A stretch of 64,000 nt of DNA from Eledone cirrhosa (Eukaryota), in assembly GCA_964016885.1 (NCBI GenBank), contig OZ024741.1:111538001-111602000 (forward strand), given 5' to 3'. Position numbers and translations under genes: made by a program. Positions 56,623 to 64,000 of the stretch are shown piece by piece (position 1 is the first letter of the stretch; each line of letters opens with the position of its first letter). The notes under the pieces are model-generated. The model worked only from the letters and a program-made list of their open reading frames with translations. It was not told the origin of the DNA and searched no databases.

Positions 56623-59600
56623 GGAGACCTACGTATCATCGTGAGCGCCACAAAGGTTTGTTGTTTTCGTTTGTTTAAAATTACCATTTATGGAAAATTT
56701 TTGTTGTTAACTGTTTATAAGGTCACAAAATTTGCTTTCGGAAAAGGACACTCAAAAAGATTGGGGCCAAAATTTAAACATTTATAATTTAACATTTATA
56801 ATTTAACATTTATAATTTAACATTTAAAATTTAAACATTTATAATTATCAAACAAAAAATTTCTTTGAAAAATCATGGACGACACACAGCCACACCTTCC
56901 TCACAAGCTAACACCTCACACCGACACCACCATTGTAAATATTACTACGTTTGCCAACACTAAAAATATAAGCAGTAGCAATAATTTAAATTTGTCTCAT
57001 GCAGACATTCATTTCCCGCCATTACCAATTACTGCAGGTGTTGAAGCCGACACCCCCAACCCCACCACAGCGACAACAGAAACAAAAGAAAAAAATAAAT
57101 TATTATCTCGTGACATCGAAATGGATTCACCCAGAATGGACTCTTCCACACCGAACACCACTGACGCCACCACCACCACAACTGAAACTAAAAATAACAA
57201 TAACAAAAATAACGATAACAACAACAGCAACAACAATAATGAGAATAACAAAACCACCGTGTCTTTTGCCAAAGCAGCAAAAAAGTGCGAAGCAATCCAG
57301 GTAACTCAGGAGGAATTAGATGAAGCCAAGAGAATGGTAAAGAAAGATGGGTACAGGGTCAGCCTAACCCCACCCCACCTAATAAAATGGAGCATCGGCG
57401 CCTATGCACCGTGTTATATCGGACGATTAACATAAAATCGCGCCGAGTGGAACGGGCTTCCGAGTCCCAAATCCAAAAAGCTTTGGGACATGTGTGGGCA
57501 AAAAACCCCCACATCAGACGTGGGCAGAAATATGGAACCGTGGACGTGTTCTTTGAAACACCACAGGAGGCCAGAGAACACTCCATGGCCCCATTAAGAA
57601 GTGACGACTTCCCACTCGTCCCAAGATATTGTGGCCAGAGACTCGTGAAGATCAGGGTGACCCACGTACCACCGGCCATCGAAATTCCCTGGCTAATGGC
57701 TGCCGTCCTCGCCGGCATCGAAGCCAACACCAACATAATCGAAATAGCGAAAGAAAAGCAGGAGAACTGGTCCGGATCTGGGATGGAGTTCCTGATCCAA
57801 GCGGACCAAAAAAGCATTGAGAAGATCCCAGAGGTAATAAACCTCACTGACGGCAACCACCTCACCGTAATCGTCGAGGGCAGAAGGCCTAGGTGTGTCG
57901 TTTGTGGTGAAGGAACCCACCTAAGGGCTTTCTGCCATCAGGCTAAAAAGGTTGAGGCCACCTCTCTTACCCACCCCAGTGACTCAACCATCAACACCAC
58001 CAGCATCAGAAATGGCAGCAACAACTGTAGCAGCAACAACAGAAGCAACTGTAACAGCAACAACCCCAGCAACAGTAGCAAAACCAATACCACCACCACC
58101 CAACGCGCCAGAACTAGCACCAGCGCCTCCACCATCCACCAGGCCACAACCAAAACCAACGCCTGTGGAGGATTTTCCACTCTCCGACCTATCGCAACTG
58201 GAGACAGATTGTGACGACGAGGAGTGGGAAACGGTATCAGAAAAAAAGAAAAAAAGAAAAAAAGAAAAAAAGAAAAAGAAACCCAAAAAGAAAAAAAAAT
58301 CCCCCCCCCCCCCCAAAAAAAAATACAGAGGGAAACAAAAAAACTATCAAACAAAAAAGTTAGGACAGCTATGCCACCATCCACACCAGCATCACCAACT
58401 CCATCACCACAAACACCAACACCATCACCATCATTAACCCCAACACCACCATCACCAACACCACAAAAGTCACCAAAAAGCGAAACAGAAACAAACCCAC
58501 AACAAACGCAAACAAAACAAAACAACCAAAACGATACACACTACACAGCAATAAATTTGAACAACAACCAATTATTACACTACATCCAACACAACACCAG
58601 CATCACAGAAAAAGACTACACAACAACCCCAAAGTTCACACCTCCTCCACACATACAAATCACTCGCATCACACAGAAAACGTACACGACACTAAAACAA
58701 AAATTACCCAAAGACATCGGAGACTTCCGACAAGCACTCTCCAGGAGGATTTATAAGGACATCCTTCCGGAGGAGGCCAGAAGCAGTGAAAAGGATGGAG
58801 AAACCATCCTTCCTCTACGAGAAGTAAGGTAAGTGGTCTTTCCCATCTTTTCCACTCTATTTCAACATGACCTCACTCAGAATAGGCAGCATAAATGCGC
58901 GTGGCTTGGGGTCGTCATGGAAGCAGGGCCACCTGCTCAACGACCTCAGGTCACTAAACATAGATGTGGTGGCCATCAGCGAGACCAGAATCTCCGAGGC
59001 ACGAGCCTTCGCACCGATCCTCGGCGGCTACGATGTGTACGCATCTCCCAGCTGTCCTGGATCGGGAGGAGGAGTTGCTGTACTTTTTCGGAGAGGTTTG
59101 GATCTTGCCATACGGGCCATCTTCCTGGACTCAGAAGGTAAGTTGGTGGTGCTGGACGTGACCAGCGGAGACGGGCAAGCTTTCAGGCTAGTGGCCGTCT
59201 ATGCCCCGACAGGAGCAGGGCGGCCTGATTTCTTCCGGCGTCTGGAGACCTTTCTTGGAACGTCCCGCTCTTTAGTGTTAGTGGGCGACTGGAACGGGAT
59301 CTTAGATGCACGCTGGGATTGTGTGGGATTAGCGGATAGGGGAGGAGGGTGCTAGAGCCTCACCAATCTGCTCAGGCGTTTTGAACTGTCTGACAGGTAC
59401 CGATTGGATTTCCCGAATGTGACAATGTGAACTTGGACAAATCGCATAGGGTCATCCAGATCACATCTAGATAGAGTATTTTGTAGGGAAATAGATAGGT
59501 CTAGCATAGGCTGTCCACAATTCAAGATAGTCAGCTACACGGACCACAAGTTCGTGATCTGTGTGCTTGAATTAGATAGGCTTCATAGACGAGGACCCGG

Positions 59601-62322
59601 CTACTGGAAGCTAAACGCGTCCTTACCAGCGCGCAAGGCCTACAGAAACCGGATTAGCGAACTAGTTAAATGGGCGTTGACGGGGGCCATCGTCAACAAC
59701 AAGTGGTGGTTTGCTCTGAAAAGATCGATTAGAATAGAGTCCATTAGGTTTAGTAAGGCTTTAGCAATAGAGAAAAATAGAACAGAGGGAGAACTAGTTA
59801 GAAAATTAGACGAGGCGCTTAGCAAAGGCATCGCGACCGACGTACTTGCGGCGAAATTGGCCCTTGACCAATTCTTCAATGCAAAGCACGAAGGCTGCGT
59901 TCTCAGAGAAAGGGTGCGTGCTCTCAGACACGAGGGGACGAAAGCCGTTCAATAGGCCCGAGTGGCGGAGGCGCGTCGTGGCAACAAACCACGATCCGGT
60001 GTTTGGTGAACCACGACGGGCGCATGCTACTCGATCCCGGGCAAATGAGTGAAGCTTTTCAGCGACACTTCGCACAGCTGTTCGGGGACAGCGGCGGGCC
60101 AGATCGAGGGGTGGACTTTAGTGTCTACTTCGACGGGCTGCCGCGGCTCTCGGCCACTGAGGCGGAGTGTTGCGAAAAGCCGATAACAGCCGCTGAAGTA
60201 CGGGAGGCAATGACTGGCTGCACAACGGGTAAATCGCCTGGTTTGGATGGTCTGCCCTAGAATTTTACGTACAGATGCCAGACTTGTTCGGAGGCCTCTT
60301 GGCGGACGTCTACTGCAACTGGCAACAGAACGGGAGAATTCCCAGCTCTGTGAGTCGAGGAGCTGTGTCGCTGCTGAGAAAGGATCCGAACAAGGGGGAT
60401 AACATAGATAATGTTAGGCCCATAACTCTGCTAAACACAGAGTTCAAGATTTTGGCCAAAGTGCTAGCAAAGAGGTTGGCGCTTGTCGTTGGTGGTCCGG
60501 TGGGAGAGGCGCAGAGATGCGCCATTCCCGACAGATCCATCCACGACAACCTCCACCTCATGTGATACATCGTAGAGAGGGTAGCTAGGGAACCTGGAAC
60601 GGGTGGGCCCTTGATCAATTTAGATCAGTCGAAAGCTTTCGATAGGGTCGACCATCGTTACCTAGCGGCAGTCCTGAGGGCGGCTGGCTTTGGGCCCGTC
60701 TTCAGAGGCTGGATCGCTGCCATGCACAGCGACATCTGCTGTGGTGAGAGTGAACGGTCACCTTTCAGAACCGTTCAACATCATGCGCTCGGTCCGCCAA
60801 GGATGTCCCCTCTCGTCCCTCTTGTACGTATTGACTCTCGAGCCATTACTGCACAAACTGGAGACGTTGAGGGGACTCCCGCGCGAACTAGGATGCGGAA
60901 GATCCGTGTCAGCATATGCGGACGATGTCACCGTAGTGGTGTCGAACGCCAAACACTTCGAGGCGATCGGCACTACACTAAGAGAATACGAAGCGGTGAC
61001 AGGAGCAATGATCAACCAGGAAAGGTCCGTGGGCCTGCAGCTCGGCACCTGGAGAGGCAGGTCCATGCCGTCCAACAGCGTCGTCGGGCGCTGGACGGAG
61101 ACGGACCGGTTAAATTGCTAGGGGTCTGGTTCGGTCCGGACCTCCAGACGGACAAAAACTGGGACGAGGTGACGAGCAGGGTGGCTTCTCTCACCCAGAA
61201 ATGGGCGGAGAGGAAGCTATCCCTGAAAGGTCGAGCGGAGGTGGCTAACGCGTACCTCTTCCTCGACGGTGATCAGGTGTGGTCGCCGTTTGCTAGACAC
61301 GTCTTTCCCCAGCTCGTCTCCTTGACGGAGCTGCAGTCCTGGGTCAAGCGAAGACCGAGAGGGAGCGCTTGGAGACTGGAATGTCTTCAGGCGCTCACAG
61401 ACCTCGACCAATCGGGCAATGTGATCGGAGGAAACTCCACATTGGCATTCTATAGAGGATTAGTGGAGGGGAAGAGAGACGACGTACTTGGAGAAACTCT
61501 AGGCGTCGACGAAAATCAACTAGCCAATCTCTTCGGAATGACTTTCGGGCCGGGGCCTATGGACAACTTCCAGAAATCCCTAGCCTGGCAGTGCTACCGA
61601 GGAGCTTTGCCAGTTCGGGATACACTCTACAGGCATGGAGGTGCCGTCAGCCGGGCATGTCCGAGATGCGCGCAGGGCGACGAAACCGTCCTGCACTCAC
61701 TCGTCCAGTGTCCGAGCATTGCTGACTTGTGGATTTATGTCGAACTCCTACTGTCACGTGTAGGACGGATCCAGCTATCAGCTGAGTCCATCGTGAGGAT
61801 TGCTCCGCCCTCTTCCTTTAGCTGGGAAGGGCAGGCAGTTTTTATCTGTCTGGTGGCCATGGCGAAAGAGATAGTTTAGTGGACACGTTTGAAAAGGCTG
61901 AAGACGAGCACTTACCTCTTCGGTGATGCCCTGATTAACTTTTTCAAATTTCATTTGAAAAGGAAAATCAGGGTAGAGAGGGAAGTGCTCTTTTCCCAGC
62001 ATTTTGTTGAAAGATGGGTGAGAGAAGCAAGTATGGCCCGAGTGAATGGGCCTACTCTGAGTATGTGTCTGTAAATTAAAGGTGGAAAACTGGGAGAGGG
62101 CACTTGCCCTGGTGGTCAGGGTCACTGTGGCCTTTTAATGGGCTTTCTCCACAAATGTCCCTCGGAAGTCTACCCCTATTGGGGAATTTTCCATTGTTAT
62201 TTTTTGTTACATCCTGTTTTTGTTTTTTTTACATGCAGAAATGCCCATTTGTACCGTCCTGTATTGTCCTGTACTGATCTTAATGTCTACTTAATGTAAA
62301 CCCTTGTGGTTAATAAAGAAAG

Positions 62323-62323
<1 letters not shown>
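56623..62323 (+). mobile_element. Full-length degenerate Tx1-clade LINE inserted in (ATT)n
   Basis: (ATT)n at 56572-56622 and 62324-62356. ORF1 at 56875-58832 (CVVCGEGTHLRAFC). ORF2 at 58867-62074 with stops and frameshifts. Confidence 0.94.
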
Positions 62324-62357
<34 letters not shown>

Positions 62358-63619
62358 GTAGTAGTAGTAGTAGTAATAGTATTGATAGTTTTGACATTAA
62401 ATATAATAATTATCGAATCTTCTACTTCTTGTCGAGTATCAACAAAAACCTTTGACATGAAGTATTTGTCTGAGTATATGTGCAGTGCCCACCAGGGCAG
62501 TCATTTATAGGAGAACATTTTATGATTTGAGGTCTATTTGCTTAAGGCACTCATTCAGTTTTAGTGCTATCGAATTCAAATCTCCGATGACATTTGAAAT
62601 TATGATGAGGCTGTAACTAGAGGGGAGTCTTGTACTCTCAGCCACTGAACGCTCATGAATTGGGATAAGCTGCAAGCATGGAACAAAAGGTCGTAAAATG
62701 ATAGCTCTAACACAATTACAAAAAGAAAACAGATTAATAGGTGTTATTTTCACTTATCAATTCCGTACCACTTTGTGATTATCAGACGACACTTTGTTAC
62801 GTAGCAAATTGTCTTTGAGAACTTCGGGTAAACATTAAAATATCAATGTTCTAGATGTATAAATGTCAAGTCATTGCAGGTAGAGGATAAGAAATGCAAG
62901 CGCTCAAATAAATTATATGCAACTTTGTTAAATATAAATAGAATGTGTTGAAGAATCTTAGAAATACTTCAAAGAAATAACACATTCTGCTTCCTTTGAA
63001 ATACTTAGATTGTCACATCCTCAGACTCAGGTGTTGTTCAATGAAAACATCCATAACGATAAGCCTCTTTGGGATAGAATGCATACTACACACAAAAAAA
63101 TGGGTAATCAGAGAAAAATTTCCAAGCAAAAAAGTAGACTTCTTTTGAGCTAAAAAGTCAGTACAAGAGCCTTTAAAAAGTATAAAGGAAAGATGGCGAT
63201 CACAGAAAGAATCTGATAGCAGATCTATAGTAGATAAAAAAGATATTCCAAAAATAGTATAGTACAGTTTACATATTAAATCAATGAAATCTGTAAAGTT
63301 TCCGTAATTTGTGCAGCCCGTGCTTTGGGTGCCATTTAAACTATCCCAAAGAGGCTTATCTTTATAGATGTTCATCCTGATATTTCGCTGGGCTTTAGAA
63401 ATGTATGACGATGCACATCTACCTTCCAAGCCTTACATATCAACATACGCTTAATGAAGTTCATGCATGAGGACAAACAATGCCTGGAAAATCACCTAAT
63501 TAGAATAGTTCGTGAAGACTGTAAACAGGAGAAAAAAAAGAGAGTGAAAACAAGGGAAAGAGGGAGTGAGTGGTAAACTCTACATCTCAGTCTTGCGGTA
63601 TACCTGAGTTGCGCCATGT

Positions 63620-63860
63620 GGACAAAATTGTGTAGACATTGCCGGGAAGAACAGCCAGTTACACACCCTACTTTAACCAATCCACCCAAGAGATGCACTC
63701 TTCCCAAACGGCAGTTCGGGCTCCGAGGACACGGCAGGTCTTGACGGTGACCGACATGAAAAGGAAACTGTCGGTCAAGTCCCGATATATGGTTATCATC
63801 CTCTCCTCTCCGTTACGTGTGGCAGAGCTAAGGTTTGTGGCTGAAGCGGCAAGGTTGTAA
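63620..63860 (-). mobile_element. Second RLE-type (CRE-like) retrotransposon fragment
   Basis: NLAASATNLSSATRNGEERMITIYRDLTDSFLFMSVTVKTCRVLGART aligns by eye with the fragment at 18273. Confidence 0.55.
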
Positions 63861-64000
63861 ATATAGCGGCAAGATATTGAATTGCAGATTCTTGGAACTA
63901 CTTTCACTATAATAGAGCAACTGGCTTATTCTGCAGGACTTGGAAGACTTTTCCACTACAAAAGGGCAATAAAATAATTTGTGTTAACTATAGTGGCATT

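Noticed and set aside
62940-63430. CTGAGGA hairpin, ~35-bp inverted repeat (63041-63077 / 63341-63375) and 138-aa minus-strand ORF
   Set aside because: There is no GAAA core half and no recognisable domain or splice support, so it is left unassigned.

Overview
AT-rich, microsatellite-dense eukaryotic DNA. The SINE, RTE and Penelope content points to an octopod cephalopod genome (inference). Nearly everything recognisable is mobile DNA. (1) A ~14.6-kb head-to-tail array of four Tx1/L1-clade LINEs from at least three ORF1 subfamilies sits in (TATC)n microsatellite (27.7-42.3 kb). A sister full-length copy sits in (ATT)n (56.6-62.3 kb). These elements share unexpected RNA signals: a splice donor on the ORF1 stop codon, a 66-69-nt 5'UTR intron-like segment, structurally conserved 5'UTR hairpins and a 3'UTR pseudoknot. 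(2) Penelope-like elements and their non-coding derivatives, mostly in (TA)n, carry about ten type-I hammerhead ribozyme motifs. These include a 471-bp retrozyme-like unit, variants with ~90-110-nt stem II, and a covarying CAGAAGA-core variant. (3) An RTE LINE has a ~900-codon open frame with an inserted PHD-type finger. (4) There are mariner, RLE-type (CRE-like) and TIR DNA-transposon relics, many tRNA-derived SINEs, and 13-, 39- and 41-bp minisatellites. (5) Four small phase-compatible minus-strand exons may be the 3' end of a host gene. Most ORFs in the supplied track are microsatellite artefacts. All structures were read by eye and no searches were run.
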